A stretch of DNA of 64,000 nt. It comes from Eledone cirrhosa (lineage: Eukaryota). The position numbers were made by a program, and so were the translations under genes. The notes under the pieces are model-generated. The model was not told the DNA's origin, did no database searches, and worked only from the letters and a program-made list of their open reading frames with translations. The stretch lies in the NCBI GenBank assembly GCA_964016885.1, contig OZ024741.1:190278001-190342000 (forward strand). The letters run 5' to 3'. The first letter of the stretch is position 1; every line of letters begins with the position of its first letter. Below, one piece after another: positions 39,168 to 52,972 of this stretch.

Positions 39168-39929
39168 ATGGCGACAAGACTACGGATGAACGAAGCTATC
39201 AAGCCATTCAGCGGGGAAGGTGATGTTGTCGCTTGGCTGCGGAAGGTTCGGCTGGTCGCGGGCTTGCAGAAGATAGAAGACGTGGCCGGTCTCATTGCAT
39301 TGTACCTCGAGGGCGACGCGTTGGTACTCTTCCTTGAGTTGGACGAGCACAGCCAAAGAGATGTGCAGAAGATTGAGAGACGTCTGATGGATGCATTCGC
39401 CGAGGGACCGTTGGCGGCTTTTGCTAAGCTGGCGAGAATCAGGTGGAATGGTGAGCGCGTCGACATTTTCGCAGCGGAAATAAGGCGGTTGGCTATGTTG
39501 GCGGGCTACCAGGCAGAATGCGAACGCACGGTGCGGTTGGCATTCATCAATGGATTTCCGGACGACATAGCGGTGAAACTGCAGCAAGTCCCGGGGTACA
39601 AGGAGATGGAAATGCGTTCACTGGTGGAACAAGCCCGGATCATAGCGGAAGATGCCAAAAAGAGTGTCGCGGCGATAGCGACTACGGAGGCTCAGGACAC
39701 CTGGCAGCGAAATGGTCAAAGGGAGGCAACCTCGGCACGCGGCCGTTCACGAGAATTTAAGGGCCGCTGTTTTAGGTGTCAGGGCCCGCATATGGCTAGA
39801 GACTGTAGAGAGTCGAAGCCGGAGATAATTTGCTACCGGTGTAAGCGACCAGGCCACATCGCTACTAACTGCGACCAGGGAAACGGTCCAAGGGGAACTA
39901 CTGCGCCGGTAGTTGCCCCTTACGAGTAG
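39168..39929 (+). CDS. gag: Gypsy Gag with two CCHC zinc knuckles
   Basis: 253-aa ORF containing CFRCQGPHMARDC and CYRCKRPGHIATNC. Confidence 0.92.
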   Translation: MATRLRMNEAIKPFSGEGDVVAWLRKVRLVAGLQKIEDVAGLIALYLEGDALVLFLELDEHSQRDVQKIERRLMDAFAEGPLAAFAKLARIRWNGERVDIFAAEIRRLAMLAGYQAECERTVRLAFINGFPDDIAVKLQQVPGYKEMEMRSLVEQARIIAEDAKKSVAAIATTEAQDTWQRNGQREATSARGRSREFKGRCFRCQGPHMARDCRESKPEIICYRCKRPGHIATNCDQGNGPRGTTAPVVAPYE

Positions 39930-42727
39930 CGGCGCTGCCGGTGGTGGAGGTCTTCGTGAGGGGGAAGCCACAGCGAGCCCTCGTGGATACGGGCTGTACG
40001 ACGACACAGGTGACCGCGGGGGTGGCGCAGAGGTGGGGAGGGAAGAGCAGCGTAAGGGCAGTCGACGGCAGGAAAATTGAATGCCGAGGTCGCAGCGAGA
40101 TGGAAATAGCGGTACGGGGAAGGACGATAAGGCTTTCCGCCATCGTAGTAGACAGTGTGGTGGATGGGATCGGCGTGGTTATGGGCATGGACGCGATTGG
40201 CCGTCTAGGGGGCGTCACGGTGAACAATGTCGGTGTGTCGTTTGGCGCCGCTGCATCGGTATGCGCTGTGAGTGCACGTCATGAGAACCAGAAGGCCCAC
40301 AAGGGGCAATACCCCGCTTACACTGTACAGGACAAGGACTTCAAGGCCGTGTTTGATGGGCAGCGATGGGTTGTTGAGTGGTACTGGAAGGGAGAACCAG
40401 CAACACTGAAGACCAAAGTGGGCTGCTATCAACACACATTGAAGGGAAACGCTAGGGGCGAGTTCGAGCGAGAAGTAGAGAGATGGATCGAAGAGGGCAT
40501 ACTGCTTCCCTGGAAGGAGGAGGTGAAGTGCGGAGTATTGCCGTTGATGGCGGTGGTGCAACCCACGAAGAGCAAGGTGAGGCCGGTGCTGGACTACCGA
40601 GAGCTGAACGAGCACGTGTCATGCCACACGGGTGGCGAGGTCACGGATGTCTGTGGGGAAACCCTGCGTGAGTGGAGACGCATGACGGGGGGTTCAGCGA
40701 TCGTGGATCTAAAGTCGGCTTACTTGCAGTTGCATATAGATGAGAAGCTCTGGCGGTATCAGCTGGTCAGGTATAAGGGCCGGACATATTGCCTGACCAG
40801 GCTCGGTTTCGGGCTGAGCTCCGCACCGAAGATCATGGCGGCGGTCCTCAAGACCGCTCTGGGGAGGGCCGACAAGATAAAGAGGGCTACTAACTCCTAC
40901 ATTGACGACATCCTAGTGGACGAGTCGGTGGTGTCGACGGCGGAGGTCACGAGCCATTTGCGGAGGTATGGACTGACTGTGAAGCCATCAGAAGCATTGG
41001 CTACGGCGAGATAAGACGGGCGTTTTGGTGTTCCAGAGGGGAAACGAAGTTCCGGAACTGGGCCCAAGTATGAATAGGCGGGAGCTTTTCTCGGTGTGTG
41101 GAAAGCTGGTGGGTCACTACCCGATCGCTGGGTGGCTCCGGACGGCATGCAGCAATGTCAAGAGACGAGCGGGAGGGGTGACTTGGAGTGACAGAGTGGG
41201 AGAGAGAACGGTGGCCATGATGCAGGAGATCGTGGGGAGGGTGAAGGCCGACGACCCAGTGCGGGGACGCTGGTACGTTCCCAAATCACGGAGCGGGACC
41301 GTATGGTGCGATGCCAGCAGCATAGCGCTGGGTGTCACGTTGGAGATAGGAGGTGTTGAGGTCAAGGATGCAGCCTGGCTTAGAAAGAAGGACGACTGCA
41401 GCCACATCAATGTGGCCGAGCTGGACGCAGTGTTGAGAGGGGTGAACCTCGCCCTGCGGTGGGGGCTGCGCACCATCGAGATACGCACCAACTCGGCTAC
41501 CGTACTCAGATGGGTAAGATCAGTGCTCACCAGTGAGAAGAGAGTGCGAACGAGAGGCGCGGCGGAGATGCTGATAAAGCGCCGCCTGGGAACGTTAGGA
41601 GAGCTGGCCACCGAGTTCGACCTGAAGCTGAGCGTAGTGTTCGTGCCTTCAGAGAAAAATAGGGCGGACATCTTAACTAGAGTGAAGAAAGCCTGGATGG
41701 AAGCGCCGGAGGAGGTAGAGGATGAGATAGCTGCCGTGTGTCGGCTGACCGAGTTAGACCTGAAGGGGTTGCATGACATGCACCACATGGGGGTGGATAG
41801 GAGCATGTACCTAGCCAGGAGAATCGACTCGGACGTTAGCAGACACAGTGTTCGGGGGGTGGTTAGAGGCTGCGTCCGATGTCAGTCCATTGATCCCGCC
41901 CCGGGTGTACACGAAACGGGAAGCCTCCTGGTGGATCGCGACTGGAAGCGATTAGCGGTGGATGTGACGCACTACTGGCAGGGAACGTACCTCTCGATGG
42001 TCGACTGTGGACCGGGTCGAGTGGCGATATGGAGGGAGATGAAGAATGGAACGGCCGAGGAAATCGTGCGGACGTTGAGAGAGGTGTTCTTGGAGCGGGC
42101 CCTGTGGATGAACTGCTGATGGACAACAGCGCAGCGTTCCGCTCGGAGGCACTGAGGGGGATGCTCGAGGGATGGAAGGTGGACCGTTTCTTCAGAGCGG
42201 CGCACAGGCCGAGCGGGAATGGAATCGTGGAGCGACACCACCGGACGATCAAGGCAATGGCGGAGCGGGGCCATATCTCACCAATGGAGGCAGTGTTCTG
42301 GTACAATATGTCCCCTCGGGTTGGACAGGTCGAGGAATCGGTGCTACACAGAGCAGTATTCAAATACGAGTGGCGGCACCCGTGCACGCCACCACAAGGG
42401 CCAGTGGGGAGAGAGAGTGCATTCGTGCAGGTGGGCGAAGAAGTCTGGGTTAAGCCCCCAGATGCACGGTGCACATCTCAATGGGGAAGGGGAACGGTGA
42501 CGGCCGTAAATTCAAAGAACAATGTGTCCGTGGACGGCGTACCACGTCATGTCCTGGATGTAAGAAGAATCACTGTATCGACGGACTCCGAGGAAGAGGA
42601 AAGCCAAGATGAGGTGGAAACCCAGAGCCCTGCCCCAATACTGCGAAGATCGCAACGAAGTCGTAGACCACCGACCTGGACGGCAGACTTTCATATGCAG
42701 AGGGACGAGGGGGAAATTGATCCTTGA
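39884..42727 (+). pseudogene. pol: Gypsy Pol (protease-RT-RNase H-integrase), disrupted near 41010 and 42105
   Basis: ALVDTGC, VDLKSAY, YIDD, VWCDAS, H..HH..C..C, LAVDVTH, DNSAAF, GNGIVERHHRTIK. Confidence 0.92.
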
Positions 42728-43060
42728 GATCAGGGGTGCGTGTGGGTATGGTGTGGCGTGCGGTGGCCGGGGGGGGGGGGGGGGGGTGCTCGACCGGAAG
42801 GGGTCTTTTTGACCGGAAGGATGCTCGACCGGAAGGGCCAGGAGAGGGCCTCTCTCTAGTGGTGACCAGCATACGGTGTGGACGCGTTTTGGGCAGCTCC
42901 CGGTTTTAAGCAGTCGGACGCACGTGGAAGAGGAGTACCTGCAGTGGAATTTAGCGGCGCCTGTAAAAAGCGGTAAGTGAGATAGCTTTTTCTAACCACA
43001 ATAAATACGTTTGTTTATATTTTGTTATTGTGTATGCAAAAATATCTGTACACGAATATA

Positions 43061-43278
<218 letters not shown>

Positions 43279-44370
43279 ACAGTACAGAGAAGTACGGAAT
43301 ACCTCGGCCTCAGGATGGTGTCTACATTTTCTGCTTATAAAAAAGATTCGTCGTAGATTATCAGTAGTTTTTTCCGTGCGAAGAAAATAAATACTTTTGT
43401 TTATATTTTGTCATTGTGTATGCAAAAATATCTGTACACGAATATATAATTATATATATATATTAAAATAACAGATTAAAGTTTAAGCAAAGAATCGCTG
43501 CTTTCACCCTTAACGGGATCTTCTACCTAAAAGCAGTATGAAGTACACTAAGACTAACTGATGTAATCGTATGCAATTGTTGGCCTTGTTTGTTTATGTA
43601 TTTTTTTGTGTATCCAAAAATATCTGTCAGTGATACATGTGATTATGTAATCGCCGGCCTTGTTTGTTTATATTTTGTTCTTGTGTATGCATCGTATGTA
43701 ATTGTTGGCCTTGATTGTTTATATTTTGTTTTTGTGTATGCAAAAATATATATATATATTAAAATAGCATATTAAAGTTTAAGCAAAGAATCATTGCTTT
43801 CAACCTTAACGGGATCTTCTGAACCTAAAAAAAATCAATCTGTGAACGCAGATGTAAATATTTCGAAAAACGTTGCAACCGAAGGAAAACAGGAAGACAA
43901 TACTTTGATTCATGAAGACGTTCCCTGGCATAAGAATATATATATACACACACAGATCGCGTCATAATGACGAAATGCAGACAGCCAGATATTATAAGGG
44001 TGCAACGTTATATCTATCTAAAAAGAGAAAGACTTATAGAGAGAGATCGCTAAAGCAGTCCCTATGGCATAAGTATTACATGTGTAAAGTTTGAAAACAA
44101 TCGGTTGGGCGGTTCTCGAGTTTTAGTGATTGGACAGGCATTCTCTGTTTTAGATATATAGATAAGAACTGGGCTCTTTACAATACAATATATAGAACAC
44201 ACAGAGAAGTGTGTTTTTAATTGCAAGGGATGAAAACCACTATGGTGCAAGGCATATAGACTACGTACACTATATATCTTGCACCATAGTGGTTTTCATC
44301 CCTCGTAATTCAAAACACATTTCTTTGTGTATTCATTTCTATATATTGTATTGTAAAGAGCCCAGTTCTT

Positions 44371-45300
44371 CTACTTTGAGCTCATTAATTCCAGTGGATT
44401 CTTTTTGGATTTGAAGATTCTATCAAGATTGGAAATATTCTCTTTCACATCAGATTTATCGAAATGAAAAGCTCGCCATCTGAGTTTTCTTATAAATGAG
44501 TCCGATTTTTCTATGAGTTGTTTTAGAAAGTCTTTATTCCTAGGTAAAGGTATGTCCTTTAGAGAAGAGGAGATCTTAAATAATTCCATTTTTAGTCAGT
44601 TATAATTTAAAGTGCTCAACAGTAAAGGAGCAAAATATATGCAGAGGTTATATTTAATTTGTTGGGATACAACAAGCTTAAAAATATTTTTATAACTGAT
44701 ATAAAGCACTCAACAAGTTATTGGAGTAAATATACAATATATTAACAAATGGAAACTATATTTATAAAACCATATTTATTTTATTATACATATTTCAAGG
44801 GCCACCAAGGCAAATTATGGTGTGCTTTCATCAGATAAAATACAATACAGATTAGTTTTATAAATAAATATTGACATACCCTGAAAAAAGACAACCTTAA
44901 CGGTTGGAGCTTCCTGGATAGTGGAGATATTAGATTTATTGAGGGTGATATAAGGTTATGATTGAGTATGCAAATGAGTGTCCGAAAGGTTTAAATAACG
45001 GTATATTTAAATTAAACTGTTGGAAGAGAGTGATATTGTGATGGAGAGAGAAAAGGAAAGAGAAAAATAACTGTTTATATATATTTTGCCAGTGGAAAGA
45101 GTATAGAGTGATTATATTTAAGTGAGAGAAAATATTAGTTATAAGGACAAATATAGCGTAAGTGTGTTTACGTGAGAGGAAAGAAGAAGAAGCGAAGAAA
45201 CGAATATAGCGTGGATGAATAATACAGCAGGATTCATTATAATGATAGGTTGAAACAATTTTATTAAAGGTTTAATTAATAAATTTGATTAAATGTTTAA
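44371..45300 (-). mobile_element. Penelope-like 5' end: terminal repeat with hammerhead plus ORF start (44589)
   Basis: SLKDIPLP..KDFLKQLIEKSDSFIRKLRWRAFHF. Upstream 44645-44900 is homologous to 24310-24560 and 19440-19650. Confidence 0.8.
44777..44842 (-). ncRNA. Intact minimal type I hammerhead ribozyme
   Basis: TATTTTAT-CTGATGA-AAG..CTT-GAAA-TATGTA-TA|ATAAAATA, with a perfect 8-bp stem I and a complete catalytic core. Confidence 0.88.
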
Positions 45301-45334
45301 TTAATAATTTAATAATTATATATATATATATATA

Positions 45335-46419
45335 TCTATATATTAATTTGAACAACGTCAGTATTCCGTGTGTCATAATTCTCGATTATCATTGGTTCAT
45401 AGGTTTCAAACAACTCCGCCCACCTCAAAGACGCAAAACTTAAATTAATACGCATAATGCCAATGAGGGAGTGTAAGAAACAGGCAAAGTGAACGCTGTA
45501 AGTATTACCATGTGTGCGTGTATAAGTACGTGCGCGTATGTTTATGTCTGTGTGCGTGCGTCCCACAGAAAGTAAAAACTATCAACATGTGTGTGTGTGT
45601 AAGTGTACGGGTGCGTGTGTAAGTTTGCGTGCGTGTGCGCGTTTCCATGCGTGTATGTGTGTGTTCGTGGGGCGTTCCACAATCGCCACGCAGTTTATCT
45701 GTCTGTCAGTCTAACATACACAGAGTTGTGAAGGAGTAAATAGGGACCTTTTTTTACATTGACGGACATCTTTTATATTTATTATTGTGTAAAGAAAGCA
45801 TTATTGTGTCATTTTTTGACAATTGCTCGAAATAAAAGCAATTTGACTTTATCAAACAGTGAACTACAGCGGCGACGGCGTGCAGCCAGGAATGAAGAAA
45901 AACAGGTCGAACAGCCCCATCAGAACACCAAACTTCAGAGGTGAAGACGTGCCGCCATGAATGAAGAGGAGCTGGCTGAACAACGCCAACGAAACACTGG
46001 AGCCAAGCAGCGACGGCGTGCTGCGATGGTTGAAGATGAATTGGCTGAGCATCATCTTTTATATTAATTATCTATATCTACATATAATATAAAAGATTGG
46101 AACTTCCATCCTTTTGAGAAACATGGAACAACCACGTCTATGCAATGATACACATTTTACAGTCAGGCAGAAGATGAACCATCTGCTAGAGGTCACTATT
46201 CTAGGTGGGAGCACCTAGAATTGTTCATATACTATGCACAAACGGTACAACGAGGAATCTGGTATATCTGGAAGATTTTTTTTTACTGTTTTCTGTATCA
46301 CACAGACACCACGGACTCGCCTCATACTGTAACCAGACAAACATCCAATAGTCATTTGCTCTTTTACCTGTCTTCTCTTACCATCTGTTTACCCGGGCGA
46401 AGCTGAGTACGTCAGCTAG
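45335..46419 (+). mobile_element. Non-autonomous Helitron
   Basis: A|TCTATATATTAA start, degenerate hairpin CCCGGGCGAAGCTGAG, CTAG|T end. Confidence 0.65.
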
Positions 46420-47994
46420 TATATATTTAATACATTAACAGAGAAAGCCTTAAGCGATACTCTCTCTCTCTATATATATATAGAGAGAGAAATTATACAA
46501 AGCTTTGAGGAAAAAAGTTTGCCTGTCACTTTAGGAAGGTGTAATAATGGATTGAATTTTATAATGCATATTATATATATAGGAACGAGTAGGACCTATT
46601 GGGGTCCTACTCGTTCCTATTACCCACTCTACTACCCTAAGTATTGAGTACTTTGGTGCGTTATGGTCCACCTGGTTCCTTACCACATTTCCTTTGTTAT
46701 ATATATATATATATATATATATATAACGAAAGATTAAAAAGGATTTTAAAGCATTTAATAAATTTATAACCGTTTCATTAGATCAACAAGACTATCCCAT
46801 TTCTGTTAGAATAACTCCTCACAAAATATTCTATATACTAAAATAGAGCTAAAGGTATAGAAATAGAACTTACAAATTCTATTACACTTCGTAAATGAAA
46901 TTATAAAAATTAATATTAATAGAATACAATAAGACAATAAAAATTTATGAAGCATATAACTGTAATAAATATATCTATTTTTGTGTGTATTTTACTTGAC
47001 AGCATAGCAACTCTCCCAGTGCAATGGGGAGATCTCCCACCCACTTTGGGTTGGGTGAGAGATGTCTTCTCTTGTAAAAATGGGTATAGCTTTCATTATG
47101 TAAAATCTCCCCATTTGGGGGCAATATATTTTCATGGTACTCCCTGTTTGGGTTTTTAGAGGTTGGCAGGTCTGTAGTATGCATTATAAAAACCAATTGT
47201 TTAGGTATAATAAGTAATGTAAGTAATATTTTTTAATATTCTGATTACTTTTGTACATGATTATGTACTACCTTATATAATTATTTTGTTTTCTGTAATG
47301 TATAAGTCAGCTCTGGATGGGTTTTTTTGAATTTTACTTCCATCAAGCTTTTACAGAACAACAAAATCGAGACATTTTTATTTCAATATATTTTATCTGT
47401 GCTATAAATAAATATTTATTCTATGGATTTATATATACATATATATAAACCAGTAGAGTAAATCTTAACTATAATAAAGGGAGGAGTATTTATTAATAAC
47501 TTCATAATTATTTACTGCGTATATATATGGAGTATATATACAGTAAATAAATGTGAAGGTCATATGAAGTTATTTATAAATTCATTCAATGAGCTATTAT
47601 TCATATTTCTGTGGGGGCGATGATGTAGGTGATGTAATCATTGTGTAACCATAGATAGATAGATAGAGAGAATGAGTAACAAGTTTTAATACCCTATAAT
47701 AAATTTGAGTCGTGTATTGCTTTATTATATCTAGTCATTCTTTGAAGAGTCATTTAAAGTAAGCTGTTTTGTTCCCTGACCTGTTAATCATATCTTATCA
47801 CTCATATCTTATAATATTCAAGTCATACTGGTAAGAATTTTGCTTTGAAACTATGTGACTTTCAGTTCAATCTGATTTAGTTTTTATTGCTGGATGCCCT
47901 TCCTAATGCCAAAAATATAATCTGGACTGGCTGTTTTGTTGCTGTGTCACCAGCATGACAACATTATACATATACATATATATATATGCACAAG

Positions 47995-48960
47995 AAACTA
48001 TCTAACACTGGTGTCTATAGAAAGTTACTACAATGGATTAAGTCTGATGAACGGAACCCAGCATGTTGTGGTCGAAGGAATACAATCAACCTCGGCCAAA
48101 ATCAGTAGCGGTGTCCACAAAGCACTGTTGGGCCTACTTCTTTTCATTATTTATTTCAATGACATTATTGACATCAAGCACAGCAACATAAGAATCTTTG
48201 TAGATAATTCCAAGCTCCAGAAGGTCATCAACGGAGTGGAAAAGTGGTTAAGCCTTCAATCGGATCTGCTTGCTGTTATCTAATGGGCAGAAAAAAAAAC
48301 AATATGCTACTAAACAAAGATAAATTTGAACTAATTCCCTTTGAAAAAGAGGATGCACTGAAGAAGCCATATTCTCTTCCAACACAAGAGACCTTGAAAT
48401 AATTGTTGATAGCAACTTAACCTGGAATACTTACTTTCTTATAACTTTCCAGTTGAGAGATATCCACACCTTCATCCTATTCTTCTTTACCTTTGTTCAG
48501 ACCCACCTTGAATACTGTTGTCCATTGTGGTCTCCTCCCATGAAACAAATATGAAAATTGAAGCACCCCAGAGGTCAATTACAAAAAAAATAGATGGCAT
48601 GACAGGCTAATTAGATAAACTCAAACTCTACTCTCTCCAACGTCACCATGAGCACTACACCATCTGTATGATGTGGAAAATATTCCATCAACATTGACCA
48701 AATGATGTTGGCATCAACTTTGAAATCCATCCAAGGTCTGGTCCCTGTGCTATCCACCCACTACAAAAATCAAACTCACATCTCATAACAACATTCCGGC
48801 ACAATTATTTCACCCCAACTGGCTTCGCTCTCTTTAATATCATACCAAAACATCAGAACAGAAATAGATGCCATAAAATTCAATGTGTTCCTGGAAAAAT
48901 TCTTCCAAGAAATTCCGGATATATCTCCCAAAACAATAACTCTTTACCAGAGTGGGCCAT
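47995..48960 (+). pseudogene. CR1/L2-group LINE, degenerate RT C-terminal half
   Basis: QHVVVEG..S...ISSGV...LGLLLFIIYFNDI...IFVDNSKL; P.LEYCCPLWSP; LKLYSLQR. Confidence 0.8.
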
Positions 48961-50339
48961 GGTGCCTAAAATGTACTGGGGTGTGAATCGTGATCTGAAA
49001 GACTGCCAGGTGGTGCTTCTAACCCTTTAACATTTACATTACTCAACCATTGTAGTTTTGCAGTAAAGGCTTTATCTCACATAATATTGAATCTATGAGA
49101 TTTTGATGAAATTATATATTTTGAGAACAATACCTTAATGTCAGTATGAGTGGCGAATTCTGGCCTGATACAGCTGGTTTAAATGCTAAAGGGATAAGTT
49201 AGATATGGCCTGGGCCAATACTGACCAAAACCTGTCAAAGTTATATATATATATATCTTTATTTAATATAGAAATGATTTCTACAGGATTAGAACTGTTT
49301 AATTTGTATGAAATCTAATTTAACATTTTAGAAAAAAGTATTTTGATTTTATTTTACATTATGTTATGCATATAGGACAAATTATTGATTTCTAATTCAG
49401 GTACAAGGCCAGCAAATTTTGAGGAAAAGCAGGATCTTGCTTACATACATTCCTGCAATGGAAGCATTTTATTATGACACCAATACCAGGGAGGTTGTTA
49501 TGACTTCAAATCAACTAAAAGAGTCCTCCTGACCATTTGTTTGGAATGTTTTCTACAGGTGGATGCCCTTCCTCCACTAACCACTTTACAGAAAGTACTG
49601 GGTGTATTTATTGAATAGATCAGCAACATTGGAAAGGTGGTTGTGCACTTGATACAAATGAAGATTCCTCTGGACCATTTTTTTGGCATCGTTTCTCCAG
49701 TTAGATGCCCTACCTCAAGGTGTACTAGGTGAATTTTTCAGGGCACGAACACAAATAACAACTAAAGCAGTTTTGGCTTGTATGATGTCATCATCTTCAT
49801 AGATTTTATGTACACTTTATCCGTGTGTGTAGTAAGGGACTAAAAGGGTTGGTGTCAGGAAGGGATCTAGCTGTAAAACATTGCCTCAAAAAGTTCCATC
49901 CAGCCGATGCCAACATGGAAAAGTTGATGTAAAAACGATATATATATACACACTAAACGTGGTTGGTGTTAGGAAGGGCATCCAGCTGTAAAGTACCCAG
50001 CCAAATTTACAGTCCTCTCCGGAGCAAGACTTGCCTCCCGGCGTGGACAACCTGTCTAACCCATGCAAGCATGGAATAACTGATGTTAAATGGAAATGAT
50101 GATGATCATGAAACAATAGGCTTTGTACAGCCAACCAAATTTACTCTCAAGGCATTGATTGACCCTAGGCCATAGTAAAAGACATTCACCTAAGGTGCCA
50201 TGCAAAACAATTGAACCCAAGACCCCGGGATTGAAAAACAAACTCCTTATCCACACAGCCATGTGTTGCATGTAAAAAAAAAAAAGCATTTCTCTGAAAA
50301 ACTGAAGTCCACGGGTTTGCCCAGGAGCACCATCAGACT

Positions 50340-50700
50340 GGTAAAAAATCCCGTTATCAGATGCATCAAAATTTAATTTGTTCAGCTCTAACGGATAAGT
50401 ACATGCCTGTTGTATAGGAGAATATCAAGTGCACATAAATCTGATAGATAAGAATGTTGGTGGCAATATAATAGTTGGGGCTAGTTGGTCCTATAACTCA
50501 GATCAAAGGCATCATGAACAGTACAGGTTCTGTGGAAAACCTTGGAGAAGACTATGCTTCCATATGTCAAGTGTTATTTGGGCTAGTCATGGTGTTTTAG
50601 CATGACTGAACCATACCACAAGAATATTCAAGGAATTCATCACAAGCAATAAAATTAGAATGCTGTAGATGGCTAGCACACTCCCCAGATTTAACCCCTT
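50340..50700 (+). pseudogene. Highly degenerate Tc1 transposase fragment
   Basis: SKFNLFSS, GGNIIV, GPITQIKGIMN, LEKTMLPY, VF*HD, HSPDL.P remnants. Confidence 0.6.
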
Positions 50701-52972
50701 TAATAGCAATCTGCCTCTGGTTTTTTGAAACAAACCCTCTCATTTTAAATTTAAATCTTTCAACATCATTTTAAATAAGAACCATATATTAAATTAATAT
50801 CTTAGTAATGAAATAATTAATTTTAGAGAATCCCTCCAAATTATTAATTAATTCATTAAAATATAGTGTATTTCATTAGAAATATGGTAATGAAAAGGTT
50901 AAATTAGATAGATAACATTGACATAAGTATTCGACAAAGGAAATTTACGGAACTGAGCGAAGAAATTTCAGATAATTTGACCAAACTTATAAATTCATTG
51001 CTTCAGTTGTGATTCCATTTTGAGAAATTTCAGGTACCCAACAATGTAATGATTTTGTTCTTAATAATTAATGTACACATTCCATTTTCTTAAAAAAAAA
51101 AAGATATGCTTTCAATATCCTTAAATTAGGTGACATTCATTTTTGTGGCAACATTAAAACTGCATTAATGCTAATTTAATTTACAACATTTAAAAGAAAA
51201 AAGTAAACTTCTCTTTCTATTCATTTATAGTAGAAGTTCTAAGTGGAAATAATTATTTAATCATCAGTATATTTAAATTGAATGACATCACTGTATGTAT
51301 TCTATTACTGCTTTCAATCATCAGCTGCAGTACTAGCTTCAAAGATTTTAACTGATTATATAGACCCCAGTACTTATTTTATCAGTATATATATGGGTGT
51401 GAATTCTTGGTTACACAAAACTCTCCACATGAGCCAACTCATACAAGCTGTTTGACCAGCAATAAATGGTGGAGTGGCAGTATCAGTAGAGAGTCGGACG
51501 CCATGCTTTGCATCAAAGAGCTACGGCCCTTTATGGCCTGAGTTCAAATCCAACCGAGATTAACTTTGCCTTTCATCCTTACGGGGGTCAATAAAATAAA
51601 GTACCAGTAATACACTGGTATAATTGCTGGCCTTGTACCAATAGTAAAAACAATAAATAACAGCCAAATCTTCCTCAAATCACATCTAAAAGGACAAGAT
51701 TGGTCATGCCTGGAATGGGTGTTAGGAAGGGCATCTAGTTGTAGAAAACCTGCCAGGGACAGTTCTGTACGAGCGAGACACGGTCCTCCGACCAATCCCG
51801 CATGCTGGCGTGGAAGATGGACATTAAACGATGATGAGGATGATGATGATGATGATGATAGGATTTGGAATTCCTTAACATGGAACAGAGGAAAGTTCAA
51901 GGTCAATCATCCCAAGAAGCAGTACTACGTGTCACAAAAGAGAAAATTAGTTTTGAGTTCCTGCAGACAGTCATTAATCGGGTTGCTGAGCATAAGTCAC
52001 GACTTAAGAGCCAACTGCTGTCCATCCACAAGGAGAAGTCACTGACCACTATCTATAGTCTTAAACATGAGCTCGGATGTTGAATATATCATCATCATGA
52101 TTATGATGATCCTGATATCCTGATCCCCCAAATTGGGGAGGGAGTGTTGGCTTATATTTGAGTATATACAGTGTATATATATATGTGTGTGTGTATATGT
52201 AATATGTATGCGTAATATATGTAAATAGTTTGTTTACAAATGAGCGCAGAAAGCAAAGAAAATAGTGTTTAAGGAAGAGAAGACTAACATCAAAATATAT
52301 ATGTTTATGAAGTATTTCCTAATGGTAATAATATAATGTAATAGAGGAGATTAGTTAGGGTTTAAGTTTGCTTTTATGTATTGTAATATGTAAAAGTTAG
52401 ACGAGCATGAAAGGGAGAAAAATATAATGAACTGAGGAGGAATAATCTAACGTCAAAAAATGTTTATGTTTACAAAGGATTTTTAAAGGTAATACTATAA
52501 AGTATTTAAAAGGTAATAATAAGTTTTATGGCCAGTGATATGAAGGAAGAAGGAAGAGTGGATATATTGTGGTGAGTAATAATAAAAATTGAGAAGTATT
52601 TAGGTTAGAAATTAAAAGAAAAGAAGAAGAAAAGGAAAGTGATAAATAGGAATGATATAGAATGAGAAACTAGTATTATATAATGTATGTCAGGGCGGTG
52701 GATTGGCAGTATTGGGAGAGGGTCGGACGCCATGCTTTGACGTATAGAGTTACGGGTCTTCCCATTCTGAGTTCAAATCCCGCCGAGGTTAACTTTGCCT
52801 TTCATCCTTACGGGGTCGATAAAATAAAGTACCAGTAATGCACTGGGTAATTGCTGACCTTGTGCCTAACGTAGAAACAATTATATAATGTATAATAAAT
52901 AACATTGAAATAAGGTAGAAAGATGGGTATATTTTTGAGAAAAAGGATTTTAAACTGGTAAAGTATTAGATA

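Larger units (their letters stand above)
38838..43000 (+). mobile_element. Full-length young Gypsy/Ty3 LTR retrotransposon; LTRs 38838-39094 and 42741-43000
   Basis: TG..CA LTRs differing only in a G-tract and ~2 substitutions. ATAAA TSD at 38833-38837 and 43001-43005. Confidence 0.97.
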
